A stretch of 64,000 bases of DNA. Source: a virus. Below are positions 10,085-20,589 of the stretch, in pieces (within the stretch, counting starts at the first letter, position 1; every line of letters begins with the position of its first letter). The position numbers and the translations under genes are program-made. The DNA is taken from the IMG/VR virus record IMGVR_UViG_3300032053_000045, positions 9,818 through 73,817 of that record. One strand, 5' to 3'. The notes beneath the pieces were generated by a model that saw only the letters and a program-made list of their open reading frames with translations, searched no databases and had not been told where the DNA came from.

Positions 10085-11461
10085 ATGAAAGAAAAGTTAG
10101 AATCATTACCTTGTGAATGCGGATGCGGTAGTTTGGCTAAACCTGGAAATAGATTCATTTTGGGACATAGTGGAGGAAGAATAAAAGTAAAGAAAGAATT
10201 GGAAATAAGAATTTGTATTTGTGGATGTAATCAGGCTTTTGAATGTAAAATAGATAGTGAACAAGAATATATTACAGGACATAATCGTAAAGGAGAAAAG
10301 TTATCAGAAGAACAGAAAGAAAAACGTAAAGAGAAAATGAAAGAAAAGAGAGAGAAATATCCTAATGGTATTCCTATTATAACTCGAATTTGTGAGTGTG
10401 GATGTGCCGGAACTTTTCAATGTGAAGAAACAAGTGATCAAAGATTTATCGGTAAACATGCACAGAAAAAAGCTAACACCGGAAGAAAACATATAAAAGA
10501 AATTAGAAAGAAAACAAATAAATGTAAATTTTGCGGAGAAGATTGTAAAAATATTTATTGTAGTAAAAGTTGTTATTTTAGTTTCGTAAGACAGAATGGG
10601 AGTTTTAACAAATTACCAAGAAAAATAATTCATTGTCTAAATTGTGGTAAAGAAAAAGAAGTTAGTATAAATGATAAAATAAAATTTTGTAGTACAAAAT
10701 GTATGCATGCCGGAAGGATAATTCCAGTTGAAACCAGAATCTGTGCTTGTGGATGTGGAGAAACTTTTGTTTGTAAAGTAATAAGTGATCAAAGATATAT
10801 TAATCATCACGCAAGTAGAGCGAAAGAAATCAAAGAAAAAATAGGTTCAAAAATTAAAGGAAGACCTTCCCCGCTTAAAGGAAGAAAACAAACTTTAGAA
10901 CACAGAATAAACAGCGGTCTACCGAAAAGAGGCAGAAAGTATAGTTTGGAACATTGTGAAAATATTGGTAAAGCTCTTACAGGACTTAAACGAACAAAAG
11001 AACAATGTGAAAACATTAGTTTGAGTAAAATGGGGAAGAGCCAAACGGAAGAGTCTAATAGAAAAAGAAGATTAGCAATACTCAAAAGAATTAAAGAAAA
11101 TCATGGCAAAGTTTTTCCTGCTTATAACAAACAAGCTTGTGATATTTTGAAACTTTTCGATGAAAAAAATCACACCCACGGTCAATATGCAGTTTACGGT
11201 GGGGGAGAATATGAAGTTCCGGAACTTGGTTATTTTCTTGATTATATAGAACATGAATATAAAATTATTATGGAAATTTATGAAAAACACCATTTCAATA
11301 AAGATGGATCGTTAAGACAAAAAGATGTGATCCGAGAAAGAGAAATTAAAACATTATATCCAGATCATAAATTCCATACTTTCAAAGAAGAAGAAATGAA
11401 TAAGATATTAGAAATCAGTTTAAGAAAATTAAATTATGTAAAGCGTAAAGCTTTGCAGTAA
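10085..11461 (+). CDS. Free-standing homing endonuclease-like protein (Cys repeats, NUMOD3, Vsr/EDxHD-like nuclease)
   Basis: Repeated C.CGC and FCS..C motifs, NUMOD3-like KGRKQTLEHR, C-terminal GGGEY...GYFLDY...E..EKHH...KD..RE. Confidence 0.8.
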   Translation: MKEKLESLPCECGCGSLAKPGNRFILGHSGGRIKVKKELEIRICICGCNQAFECKIDSEQEYITGHNRKGEKLSEEQKEKRKEKMKEKREKYPNGIPIITRICECGCAGTFQCEETSDQRFIGKHAQKKANTGRKHIKEIRKKTNKCKFCGEDCKNIYCSKSCYFSFVRQNGSFNKLPRKIIHCLNCGKEKEVSINDKIKFCSTKCMHAGRIIPVETRICACGCGETFVCKVISDQRYINHHASRAKEIKEKIGSKIKGRPSPLKGRKQTLEHRINSGLPKRGRKYSLEHCENIGKALTGLKRTKEQCENISLSKMGKSQTEESNRKRRLAILKRIKENHGKVFPAYNKQACDILKLFDEKNHTHGQYAVYGGGEYEVPELGYFLDYIEHEYKIIMEIYEKHHFNKDGSLRQKDVIREREIKTLYPDHKFHTFKEEEMNKILEISLRKLNYVKRKALQ

Positions 11462-11484
11462 AAATAAGAAAAGGAGCAAGTAAA

Positions 11485-11745
11485 ATGGAAGAAGAAGTTA
11501 GAAAGGCAAAAATCGGATATGTTGCCCCTCAAAATAGTGAAGAGGCAATTCAGTCTTTGAAATCTATTTCGGCGAGAGTGTTTTCTGCTTTGAAAGGGAA
11601 AGGCCTCACTCTTGTGGAATCTGTTTTTGAAAAAAGTGATAGTAGACTTTCTCCAACAAAAAGTCTATATTCAGGAATGATTGCGGACGTAATAAACAAA
11701 ATGTCAAGAGAGATTGACGACGCAATAATTGCGTTGGAAAAATAA
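11485..11745 (+). CDS. Hypothetical protein
   Basis: AAGGAG RBS. Confidence 0.7.
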   Translation: MEEEVRKAKIGYVAPQNSEEAIQSLKSISARVFSALKGKGLTLVESVFEKSDSRLSPTKSLYSGMIADVINKMSREIDDAIIALEK

Positions 11746-11807
11746 ATCAGATTATTTAATCTGTTGCGAGAGCAACGTTAGTTTCATTTAAAATAGGAGA
11801 AATTAAA

Positions 11808-12032
11808 ATGAGTTTAAACGAATACGTCAATAAAAACAATAAAATATACAAGGTAGAACTTCCTGATAATAAAATCCTAAAAAGTGAAGATGATTTTATT
11901 GAGCTCGATGATGAATATCAAGTGATTGAAAAATCATTTAGAGTAAGTAAATTTCCCAGGAGTTTTAATAAAGCCCGAGACAAAAAATTTCCTATCGAGA
12001 AAATTGTCAGAGAAGAAGAAAAAAGGAAGTAA
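11808..12032 (+). CDS. Hypothetical protein
   Basis: AGGAG RBS; K-S/K-A motifs. Confidence 0.65.
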   Translation: MSLNEYVNKNNKIYKVELPDNKILKSEDDFIELDDEYQVIEKSFRVSKFPRSFNKARDKKFPIEKIVREEEKRK

Positions 12033-12034
12033 TT

Positions 12035-13471
12035 ATGACGTCAAAATACTTTATAACTGATGGCGATCAGGTTTATAAACTTGAGAAGTCAAAAAAAGAA
12101 GATGTCAAAAAATTACCCAAACTACAAAAGGCTGAACATAAAAAACCAGTTCGTCATCAAAGACATTTGGCATCAGGAAAAATAGTTACGGCTGGTCATG
12201 GAATAACTAAGCCAATTGTTAATCTTAATAAACCTGATAAAATAGTTTCAATCAGAGAATACGAAACAGATAAGCCAAAAGAAAATATTAAAGAAAATGA
12301 AGAATTTAAATTAGGTGATAAGGTCGAGAACCAATATGGAGAAGAAGGGGTTATTGTAAATGGAGAAACTGGTGTTTTTTCTGTTAAATATAAAGACGGA
12401 AGAGTTGAAGATGTTGACGAAGATGAGGTAGGAGATTTTAAGAAAGTGACACCAAAAAAGGAAGTTTTTGAAGAAAAGCATTCTGATACTTCTGAAGAAG
12501 CAAAAAAAGAGGGAGTATCTTTTGAAGTTGGAGGTTATTTAGAATCACGGAGATATAATAAAAATGCTTTGAAACTATTACAAAAAGAAATTAAGAAAAA
12601 TTTAGGAAACGAAACGGGTAATATTGAATTTAGTATGAGTGCTAAATATCAAACTCCTACGATAATTTTTGATAAAAAAGAATTAGAAATACCAATTCAA
12701 AACGCTTTAGATGCCTTAGATATTTCTTATGATGAAACTGAAGAACATTCATATGGATTCAGAATTCCTATGTCAGAGCAAGCATATGATGAAGAAATGG
12801 AAAAATCAAAAGGAACTCACAAAGAATATCGTCCGTATAAAAGAGACGGAAATGTATTTCAACGACTTACCGGTGTAGGAAAAAAATTAAAAGAGTCATA
12901 TGAAGAAAGAAAGTTATCTCATCCTGAAATAAAAGAGAAAATTAAAGATGCTATAGAAGATAAGGTAAACGATATTTATGATAATTTACAACCTGAACTA
13001 AATATTGACAAGATCCTTGAATATGTGGATATAGACCCGGAACAGGCATTTACAGATTATGTTGATAGACCCGACTATAGTTTAGAAAGCATTAAAGAAG
13101 CTTATGATGTTGACATGAACAGTTGGGCAAATGATAAAATATCGGAAGACAGATCCGGTACTGATGAAGAAGATAAAGAGATAAGCGAAGAAGATATCCA
13201 AAATGCTATTGAACAAGCAGATGAAGATGATGTAGTTTTTGCGATTTATGAAGGTAATTATAGAAATGCTTTAGATGATCAACCGTATATTATGAGTGCA
13301 TTATTAGAAGATAAAGAAGATGAGATAAAAAATAATATTAAAGAGCAAGATATTGATGAGGACGAAATAACAGATGAAGTTCTAACTAAATGGAAAGAAG
13401 AAAATCCTAATATAATAAAAAGAGTAGTTAGAGAACTTTTGCATAAATCATTAGAAGAAAGTCGAGAATAA
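12035..13471 (+). CDS. Modular putative internal head protein
   Basis: N-terminus MTSKYFITDGDQVYKLEKS shared with 13936; KKPVRHQRHLASGK module; acidic C-terminal half. Confidence 0.75.
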   Translation: MTSKYFITDGDQVYKLEKSKKEDVKKLPKLQKAEHKKPVRHQRHLASGKIVTAGHGITKPIVNLNKPDKIVSIREYETDKPKENIKENEEFKLGDKVENQYGEEGVIVNGETGVFSVKYKDGRVEDVDEDEVGDFKKVTPKKEVFEEKHSDTSEEAKKEGVSFEVGGYLESRRYNKNALKLLQKEIKKNLGNETGNIEFSMSAKYQTPTIIFDKKELEIPIQNALDALDISYDETEEHSYGFRIPMSEQAYDEEMEKSKGTHKEYRPYKRDGNVFQRLTGVGKKLKESYEERKLSHPEIKEKIKDAIEDKVNDIYDNLQPELNIDKILEYVDIDPEQAFTDYVDRPDYSLESIKEAYDVDMNSWANDKISEDRSGTDEEDKEISEEDIQNAIEQADEDDVVFAIYEGNYRNALDDQPYIMSALLEDKEDEIKNNIKEQDIDEDEITDEVLTKWKEENPNIIKRVVRELLHKSLEESRE

Positions 13472-13926
13472 TGATATTTAATCCAAATTTATTCAATCAA
13501 GCGACGAGAGAAGATCGGGTAAGTCGGATAGCTCAGGATTTAGGATATGATATTGACGATCTAATGGCAGAAACGGCTGCCGACATGACCCAAAAAATAA
13601 TCAGCACTAAGGAGTATTTTAGAATGAGCCAGCAAGTCGCGAGCGAAGAAAAAACAAAAGAGAAAATAAATAATAATTTTGCTACTGAGAATAATATAGC
13701 GTCTAACAGCGGAGAGGTTCAATATAGATTGGTTGGTCGTGATGAGTACCGACTTGAATTTAGAGATAGAAAAGGAATAAATATAAAGCCAGAAATTGAG
13801 TACGAATTAAATTCGGTTATCTCACCTGAGCAACTTTTCAAAGGTAATGATTTTGCCCTAAAACAAATGCCAAAAATTTATGAATCCGAAACTGGCGATA
13901 TTTGGTGCTTAGATATTAAACAATAG
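13471..13926 (+). CDS. Hypothetical protein
   Basis: Translationally coupled (TAATG). Confidence 0.7.
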   Translation: MIFNPNLFNQATREDRVSRIAQDLGYDIDDLMAETAADMTQKIISTKEYFRMSQQVASEEKTKEKINNNFATENNIASNSGEVQYRLVGRDEYRLEFRDRKGINIKPEIEYELNSVISPEQLFKGNDFALKQMPKIYESETGDIWCLDIKQ

Positions 13927-13935
13927 GAGCCTATA

Positions 13936-15294
13936 ATGACATCTAAATTTTTCATTACCGATGGAAATCAAGTTCTCAAATTAGAAAAATCTTTCTTCAC
14001 TAAGGAAGAGCTTAGAGATGAAGATTTTGCTGCAAGAAAAAAACCAGTTCGTCACGAGAGACATCTTAAAACTGGTAAAATCGTTGAAGCAGGACATGGA
14101 GAAAAAGTTTTTAAAGAATTAACTCCTGAAGTTAAAAAAGTAATACATAAACTTCGTTTAGCACAGAATGTAGATAAAAGAATGTCCAAATTACAAAAAG
14201 AAATTGAAAGACTTGACGAAACGAAGAAATCACATTTTAGAAGCGTTCTCCCTATTTTTAACAAATATAAAACTGAGAAGATCAAGTTTAAAAAGTTTCT
14301 AATGTCAGTTCAGGAAAAAGAATATAAACTACCTCAGTATAAACCTCTTTTTACAGAATCTTATAAGCGTTTAACAAAAGACATGAAAAAAGAAGTTGAT
14401 AAACTTTGTAATAAATATCAAACTGACGTTAAGAAACTACTTGGTTATATTAAGATCCAAAAATCTATAGACAGTGATCTTGACTACGAAATTAATCAAA
14501 TGCAAATTATCTTGGAAAATATCGTCGATCTTAGAAGACAAATCAATGACGTGATTATTCCAAATGAAATGAATAAGACGTATGCTCAAATAAAAAAATG
14601 GAATCAGTCCCGTCAAACATACCCCTATATAGATGAGAATGTTACTTCATATCCTGACATGGAAAAAGCTCGTAAGAAACCTGTCCACCACGTCCGTCAT
14701 CTTCCGTCTGGTAAAATCGTCGAAGCTGGTCATGGAGCGCCCAAAGAATATTATCATATTCCTTCTTTCGATGAATTGAAAATCGGGGATACATTTCCAA
14801 ATGCTGTTAATCAAAAGGTTAAAGTAACCCAAAAGAATGACAAATTTGTTAAATTGAATTATTTTGATCAATATGGTGATCTTACTCCAGAATATGAATT
14901 TGTTTATCGTTCTGAATTTAATCCAATAAAGCTTCCTAAGAAAATAATGGAACCTATTAGAGCTCACGGACCAGAAGATGCAAGAAAACAAATGAAAGAG
15001 AAATTAAATGATGAAATAATAGAAAAATTTGGAAGTTATGTAAAACAAGGAATGAGCTCAAGTGATGCTTTAGCCCAAACATCAAAAGATTTAAAAATTA
15101 GTTGGGATGTGATCAGCGGAGTAATTGGTCTCTCGGAAAATAAAAATGAAATTGGTTTAGGCAATACTATTAAAAGTAAAAAAACTGGAAAAGAATATAG
15201 AGTCATAGAAAAAGTAGGAGAGGATATATTGGCTAAAGAAGGTCACACAGGAAAAACATTTAAATTCAAAGAATCCGACGTAGAAAAGATATAA
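13936..15294 (+). CDS. Modular putative internal head protein
   Basis: MTSKFFITDGNQVLKLEKS; two RKKPV.H.RHL..GKIVEAGHG modules. Confidence 0.75.
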   Translation: MTSKFFITDGNQVLKLEKSFFTKEELRDEDFAARKKPVRHERHLKTGKIVEAGHGEKVFKELTPEVKKVIHKLRLAQNVDKRMSKLQKEIERLDETKKSHFRSVLPIFNKYKTEKIKFKKFLMSVQEKEYKLPQYKPLFTESYKRLTKDMKKEVDKLCNKYQTDVKKLLGYIKIQKSIDSDLDYEINQMQIILENIVDLRRQINDVIIPNEMNKTYAQIKKWNQSRQTYPYIDENVTSYPDMEKARKKPVHHVRHLPSGKIVEAGHGAPKEYYHIPSFDELKIGDTFPNAVNQKVKVTQKNDKFVKLNYFDQYGDLTPEYEFVYRSEFNPIKLPKKIMEPIRAHGPEDARKQMKEKLNDEIIEKFGSYVKQGMSSSDALAQTSKDLKISWDVISGVIGLSENKNEIGLGNTIKSKKTGKEYRVIEKVGEDILAKEGHTGKTFKFKESDVEKI

Positions 15295-15303
15295 GGATAT
15301 ATC

Positions 15304-15711
15304 ATGTGGATTTTCGAATGCATGGGGATTGACGAATATAAAATGAATCCTATTCCTGGGGATATATATAAGCGTGGAGATTACTACAACAAAGGAAAAG
15401 TGTTCAGAGATATCTGGACATGGAATCATGGTTATCAATATACTCCAGAACAACTTGGGATTACAGGGATATTGCCAGACACATTTGTAGACACAAATGG
15501 AATAACATATCGAAAGAAAGAAGTAAAGGAAATAAATAATTTCGCATTTTCACAGCAGGGCCGGCAGGGCGTTCGCTTGCATACTCCAAATGAAACAGGA
15601 GAAACATTCATTCCATTTGTAACAGAAAAATCTCATGTACCTGATTCTGGCGGTTGGGAAATGTCCTCCACCTGGTATTCATTAAAACAAAGAGGTCTAT
15701 TAAAATCATGA
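15304..15711 (+). CDS. Hypothetical protein
   Basis: AAGGA RBS. Confidence 0.7.
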   Translation: MWIFECMGIDEYKMNPIPGDIYKRGDYYNKGKVFRDIWTWNHGYQYTPEQLGITGILPDTFVDTNGITYRKKEVKEINNFAFSQQGRQGVRLHTPNETGETFIPFVTEKSHVPDSGGWEMSSTWYSLKQRGLLKS

Positions 15712-16214
15712 CAATTAAAATATTAGAGAAATCAATTTTTAGTTTTGAAAAACGTCAAAAACCAAGAGGTCACAAGGCTTATTCACGGATGACCAGAGCT
15801 GGCAAAGTAGCCCAAGTCAAAGAAAAACCGTATGCCAAAAAACAGAAAATAAACATATCAAAGAGTCATTATAATAAAATCATAAAAGCTGCAGAAGATT
15901 TATTCGAAAAAGCTACAGGTAGAGAGCCAAAATCTTCAGAATTAGAACAGTTTTTTATAAGCTATGAAAAAGCTATTAAAGATCTTGGAGATTTTTATGA
16001 GAAAAAACCTTCAGATAATGATTTAAACTATCCTATAATTTTTGCGTCAAATAAAAAAGATTGGGAAGGATTAAGAAATGCAGGAATGATGAACAAGTTT
16101 GAAAGAACTCACATCCATAAAAATGTTAATGGGATTAGACTTTCTGCAGGTTATATGGGATGGGGTGGAACCGGGGTTAGTTTTAGACTACCTCCTAAAT
16201 TTTGGAGAGGATAG
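15708..16214 (+). CDS. Hypothetical basic protein
   Basis: ATGA overlap with the upstream stop favours start 15708; KPRGHKAYSRMTRAGKVAQVKEKPYAK module shared with 20586. Confidence 0.7.
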   Translation: MTIKILEKSIFSFEKRQKPRGHKAYSRMTRAGKVAQVKEKPYAKKQKINISKSHYNKIIKAAEDLFEKATGREPKSSELEQFFISYEKAIKDLGDFYEKKPSDNDLNYPIIFASNKKDWEGLRNAGMMNKFERTHIHKNVNGIRLSAGYMGWGGTGVSFRLPPKFWRG

Positions 16215-16217
16215 AAT

Positions 16218-16511
16218 ATGCTTAATCATTATGTTATTTCTGGGGAAAATAAAATTGTAAAAGTTTTGAAGGATAAAGAAGGTAAAAATAAAAAAGGAAA
16301 CCCTTATAGAATGGATAACGGAAAATTCGCCAGAAATAAAAAAATAGATGGGGCAATAGATAAATCAATTAATATATATCTATGTAACGGCGAGACCGGG
16401 GAGTCAATATCAAAAGAAGCATACGATGAGAGACTTGGCTGGCTACTATTATGTGGCGATAAAAACAAAGAAAACGAGGAGGATAATAAATGGTCACCTT
16501 CAGATTTGTGA
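16218..16511 (+). CDS. Hypothetical protein
   Basis: GAGGA RBS; GNPY..NGKF motif. Confidence 0.65.
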   Translation: MLNHYVISGENKIVKVLKDKEGKNKKGNPYRMDNGKFARNKKIDGAIDKSINIYLCNGETGESISKEAYDERLGWLLLCGDKNKENEEDNKWSPSDL

Positions 16512-17629
16512 AAAAAGAAAATGAAATTCCTGTAAAAGGAACTTGGAATGATGTTACTCCAAAAGGAGAAAAAATTCAAGACATTGACAAAGAAAACTTT
16601 GAGAAATCATTTCAAGATATACAAACAATAGAAAAAAGTTCTAAAGATGAAGATTTCGAGAAATCAAGGACATTAGGTGCTAAAGATAAACAGAAAAGAA
16701 AGAAAAAAGAACTGGATGAACAATATAAAAAATATGATCAGGGAAAATTAACCGGAAAAGAATCTTACAATCTTGCTCAAAAATTAATAAGACACGAGGA
16801 CGACAGAGGTTATGATATTTTAGGGGATAAACAAAGAGGGGAATCATCGGGCCGGGGGATAAAGAAATCATCTGATGAAGATTTCGACGCAGTTAAAAAT
16901 AACAAAGGTACAGGTATTGTTTATGATTCTGAAATGAACTCAAATGAGAGCGCTTATATTAAAGAAGAAGAAAATACAAATTTTCCTACGGGAAAAATCA
17001 GAAAAGAGAATAAAGTTTCAGTTGCCGATGATGATATGGAGAAATCAAGAATTTTAGGGGCTAAAGATAAGCAAAAAAGAAAAAGAAAAATTGGTGATAT
17101 TCTTAATATATTAAAAAGAAAATTCGGAACAAAGGTTAGTAAAATGGATCCAGCTTCAATTGATGAGTATTTAGTTACGAGAGGTGTAAGTCGATCTATA
17201 GCAGAAAAAATTACTCATAAATTTATTGAAACAATGGAAGATATTTCTAGTTTAAAAGATGAAGATTTTGCTGTCCGCAGAAAACATACTCCCATTGTTT
17301 CTGAAGCTCAAAGAAGATTATTTGGGGCTGTTGCAGGTGGAGCTAAAACTGCCGCAGAAGGTTTATCTCCGGTTGAAGCTAAAAAACATTTAAAAGAAGT
17401 AAAAGGAAAAAAACTTCCTGAAAAAGTTAAAAAATCAATAGGGGATGGTGACAAAAAGAAAGTGAAAACATATGGGATTGTTCTCAGATCCAAAGATAAA
17501 GATCTCATGAATAAAATTGTTAAAGCTGTAAAGAAAAATCTATTTAATAAAGAAGGAGACATTGAGAAGGCTAAGAGCAAGGGAAAAACTGGAATGTACC
17601 AAGGATTCAAAAAATTGGTTCAAGAGTAA
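16490..17629 (+). CDS. Lys-rich modular putative head protein
   Basis: GAGGAGG RBS; two EKSR.LGAKDKQKRK.K modules; SEAQRRLFGA motif. Confidence 0.75.
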   Translation: MVTFRFVKKENEIPVKGTWNDVTPKGEKIQDIDKENFEKSFQDIQTIEKSSKDEDFEKSRTLGAKDKQKRKKKELDEQYKKYDQGKLTGKESYNLAQKLIRHEDDRGYDILGDKQRGESSGRGIKKSSDEDFDAVKNNKGTGIVYDSEMNSNESAYIKEEENTNFPTGKIRKENKVSVADDDMEKSRILGAKDKQKRKRKIGDILNILKRKFGTKVSKMDPASIDEYLVTRGVSRSIAEKITHKFIETMEDISSLKDEDFAVRRKHTPIVSEAQRRLFGAVAGGAKTAAEGLSPVEAKKHLKEVKGKKLPEKVKKSIGDGDKKKVKTYGIVLRSKDKDLMNKIVKAVKKNLFNKEGDIEKAKSKGKTGMYQGFKKLVQE

Positions 17630-17663
17630 ATAATTCTACAAAATTAATTATAAGGAGAGAAAA

Positions 17664-18236
17664 ATGAAAACATATGGTGTAATTCTTAAGTCAACCAACA
17701 AAGCGACCATGAATCGTGTGGTAAAGATGGTAAAAAGTATTCTTAAAGCAAAAGAACCACAGAATGACAGCAAGGTTTTATCCATGATCAAAGCCACACG
17801 AAATAAAGCTATGGGTACTGGCGGATCAGGGGCCGGAGTTGTAGGAGCAGGTATGGGGACAGCTAATCAGAGTTGGTCATACAAAAATCGCAACAAGAAA
17901 AAGAATATTAAAAAAGGTGTTAAGATAGAAACGGGGAAAGAGTACAACGAAAGACAAACTGCTCCAAGCGAAGCTACAGTTACTGCCGGATATCCAAAGG
18001 GAACCGCAAAAATTCAAACAGTTGGCAAAAAGGGCTCTAATGCAGAACGGGGAAGTAATGCTACGACAAAACAAAAGGTTGAAGCCGGGTATCCTCAGGG
18101 AGTTGCCAAGATAAATAAGAATGTGAAAATTCTTGATGGGAAAGAATATATTTCTGGTCAGTCTGCTCCGTCGGAAGCAACTTTAACTGCCGGATATCCA
18201 AAGAATGCAACTAATGGAATTCCTGTAAAACGTTAA
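17664..18236 (+). CDS. Basic protein with internal repeats
   Basis: AAGGAG RBS; three AGYP(K/Q) repeats; N-terminal KTYGVILKS mirrors KTYGIVLRS of the upstream gene. Confidence 0.75.
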   Translation: MKTYGVILKSTNKATMNRVVKMVKSILKAKEPQNDSKVLSMIKATRNKAMGTGGSGAGVVGAGMGTANQSWSYKNRNKKKNIKKGVKIETGKEYNERQTAPSEATVTAGYPKGTAKIQTVGKKGSNAERGSNATTKQKVEAGYPQGVAKINKNVKILDGKEYISGQSAPSEATLTAGYPKNATNGIPVKR

Positions 18237-18249
18237 ATATTAAACAATC

Positions 18250-18323
18250 AAGGGGCTAAGTTTAATTTAGCTAATTAAACGAGGTAGCTTATTCCTACCA
18301 AGCCCTTAAACTCGAATAAGGAG
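18250..18323 (+). promoter_or_regulatory. RBS-masking pseudoknot upstream of HEG (long form)
   Basis: ggggct/agccct stem, side hairpin, ggtag/ctacc stem; loop cttattc pairs with gaataag overlapping AAGGAG. Confidence 0.75.
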
Positions 18324-18330
18324 ATAAAAT

Positions 18331-19209
18331 ATGGAAGAAAAAATAGTAACTTGTCAATTGTGTGGTTTTCAAAGCACTCAGTTACAATTTCATGTTAAAA
18401 AATATCATAATCTTACAGGAAAAGAATATAAAGAAAAATTTCCAAATAGTCAATTAGTTTGTAAAAAAGTTAGAATTTTGACGAGTGAATCAAAAAAAGG
18501 TGATAAAAATCCTCATTACGGTAAACATACTTGGAAATATGGTTTAACTAAAGAGACCGATGAGAGAATAAGAATTGCTGGAGAAAAAACCGGTAAAGCA
18601 TTAAAAGGTAAACCTAATCTTGCTTGGAAAGACAAAAAATTAGAAGACATAGTTGGATCTTTTGAAAAAGCTCAAGAAATTAAAAAAGAACAAAGTAGAT
18701 CAAGAAAAGGAAGATATGCCGGAGATAAAAATCCTGCAAAGAAACCTGGAGTTGGAGCAAAAATTAGTAAAGCGAAAATGGGACATGAGGTTACAAAAGA
18801 AACGAGAATAAAATTAAGATTGAGAAGAATCGAACAGCTTACAGTTAACGGGAAAAAATGGGCTTCTTATAATATAAAAGGTTGTGAATATTTTAAATCC
18901 TGGGATGAACAAAATAATACCAAGGGTCAGTATGCAGTATATGGCGGGGGTGAATATTTGATTCCTGGATTATGGTTTTCTCCCGATTATACAAATCACG
19001 ATATAAAAAAATTCAAAGAATGGGACGAACCTCGTCACTATGATAAATTTGGTAATCTTAAACCAAAAGATGTTCAAAGACAGAAAGAAATCCAAGAAGC
19101 CTATCCGGATCATGAATTTGAAAGAATTAAAGTAGATAGGAATGATAACATTCTTGAGATAAAACTATATCCTGCTTTAAATACTTTATTAAAAGGAGAC
19201 AAGGGATAA
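18331..19209 (+). CDS. Free-standing homing endonuclease-like protein (Zn finger, NUMOD3, Vsr/EDxHD-like nuclease)
   Basis: C..C...H...H finger, GLTKETDER; C-terminal GQYAVYGGGEY...DY...EWDEPRH...KD..RQ homologous to 10085. Confidence 0.8.
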   Translation: MEEKIVTCQLCGFQSTQLQFHVKKYHNLTGKEYKEKFPNSQLVCKKVRILTSESKKGDKNPHYGKHTWKYGLTKETDERIRIAGEKTGKALKGKPNLAWKDKKLEDIVGSFEKAQEIKKEQSRSRKGRYAGDKNPAKKPGVGAKISKAKMGHEVTKETRIKLRLRRIEQLTVNGKKWASYNIKGCEYFKSWDEQNNTKGQYAVYGGGEYLIPGLWFSPDYTNHDIKKFKEWDEPRHYDKFGNLKPKDVQRQKEIQEAYPDHEFERIKVDRNDNILEIKLYPALNTLLKGDKG

Positions 19210-19212
19210 TTC

Positions 19213-19743
19213 ATGCCTCTTTTAGGGAAGGAACCAATCCCCCCCCAGGGAATTAACAATTCGCAGGTAGATACTATCGCCCCAAATAGTGATTATTTAT
19301 TTAAGAACTATTGGGTTGGTAAAGAGTTTATAGCTCCTGGAAATGGACTGTCAAATGTCGGAGGATCCGGATGGGTTGGGGGTGTGTCACAGGTTTCTGA
19401 AGTCGGAAATTATCCACTTCCCCAACCATGGGAACAGACAAGTTTACTTGAGAGTTTGCTTAGGAATAAATTAATCAAAGAAAAAACTCCTCTCCCTCCT
19501 ATTATATCAAGGTCAGGTAAAGTTCCTGGAACAGAAGCAATTTTCTATCCAAAAGAATTACCAGATGATTATGGAGCTTGGATGACTCAGATATATGTAA
19601 AAGGAAAAGGAATTGCGGCTTTTACAGCATTGGGGAATTATAATTATGAGGCACAACATTCATACCCTCCCACAAATTTGTCGGATGAAAAGATGGGAAG
19701 CACTTTACAAGGACTCAAAGCTAGCAAATTAATCAGGAGTTAA
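19213..19743 (+). CDS. Hypothetical Pro/Gly-rich protein
   Basis: Co-directional ORF with RBS. Confidence 0.7.
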   Translation: MPLLGKEPIPPQGINNSQVDTIAPNSDYLFKNYWVGKEFIAPGNGLSNVGGSGWVGGVSQVSEVGNYPLPQPWEQTSLLESLLRNKLIKEKTPLPPIISRSGKVPGTEAIFYPKELPDDYGAWMTQIYVKGKGIAAFTALGNYNYEAQHSYPPTNLSDEKMGSTLQGLKASKLIRS

Positions 19744-19755
19744 AAAGGAAAAATT

Positions 19756-20040
19756 ATGGTAGACTTAGCCTACGAGGATTATCAATACCAATATTACATA
19801 AACCGGGCTATTGCTCCGGGTATAATTTCTGATATGGAAAGGAATTGGTACATTCAAGATTTAGGTGCCGGACCTTCGTTATATTATTTAACAATAAATG
19901 ACTTGGAATTATTGTGGTTGAAATCTAAAACGGCAGATCCTTCAAATGATATAGATGATCAATGGTATATTTATCTTTCACCTCTATACGGAAATCTTTC
20001 TGTAACAGATTTAAAATATGCTTTATATAAGGCTGGATAA
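19756..20040 (+). CDS. Hypothetical protein
   Basis: AAGGA RBS. Confidence 0.7.
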   Translation: MVDLAYEDYQYQYYINRAIAPGIISDMERNWYIQDLGAGPSLYYLTINDLELLWLKSKTADPSNDIDDQWYIYLSPLYGNLSVTDLKYALYKAG

Positions 20041-20451
20041 ATGTTAAAAAATCTAGAAAAAACACTATTCAATAATTTAGCTGATGACGCTTATTTATCT
20101 GCTGATTGGGAATCGCGTGAGAAAGTAATTAAAATTCTTCGTGAAACCTCCAAGCAGATAAAAAGATTGATCGAGCTCAGTGATTTAGTGCAGAGAATTG
20201 GTCCTGATAACATGAAAAGTTTACAGGGAGCAAACGCTGCAGTTGAATTTTCATGTGAAACATTAGATAATCTCGATAAACCTATTGAGGTTGTTAAGCA
20301 GATTCTCCAGGACAAAAGTGATGAGATTGAGAATATCATTCTTGATAATGATAAAGTCCCTAAAAGATTTAATCTCTATGTTTCTTATCTTAATTCTTTT
20401 CTGCGGACTTTGAAGAGAATCATAATAATCACTGAAGGACTGGGTGAATAA
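20041..20451 (+). CDS. Hypothetical protein
   Basis: Abuts upstream stop. Confidence 0.7.
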   Translation: MLKNLEKTLFNNLADDAYLSADWESREKVIKILRETSKQIKRLIELSDLVQRIGPDNMKSLQGANAAVEFSCETLDNLDKPIEVVKQILQDKSDEIENIILDNDKVPKRFNLYVSYLNSFLRTLKRIIIITEGLGE

Positions 20452-20589
20452 ATGCTAAAAAACTGCGAGATAGAAATTGAAGAGATAACTGATCAGCCTC
20501 AAGTTAAAGATTCAATTTTAGCTAATGGAAAAATATTGGCTGATGAGATAATTAGAGATGTATTAGAAAACAATCAGGAGACAAAATGA
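20452..20589 (+). CDS. Small hypothetical protein (45 aa)
   Basis: ATG right after upstream stop; its TGA overlaps the ATG of 20586. Confidence 0.5.
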   Translation: MLKNCEIEIEEITDQPQVKDSILANGKILADEIIRDVLENNQETK

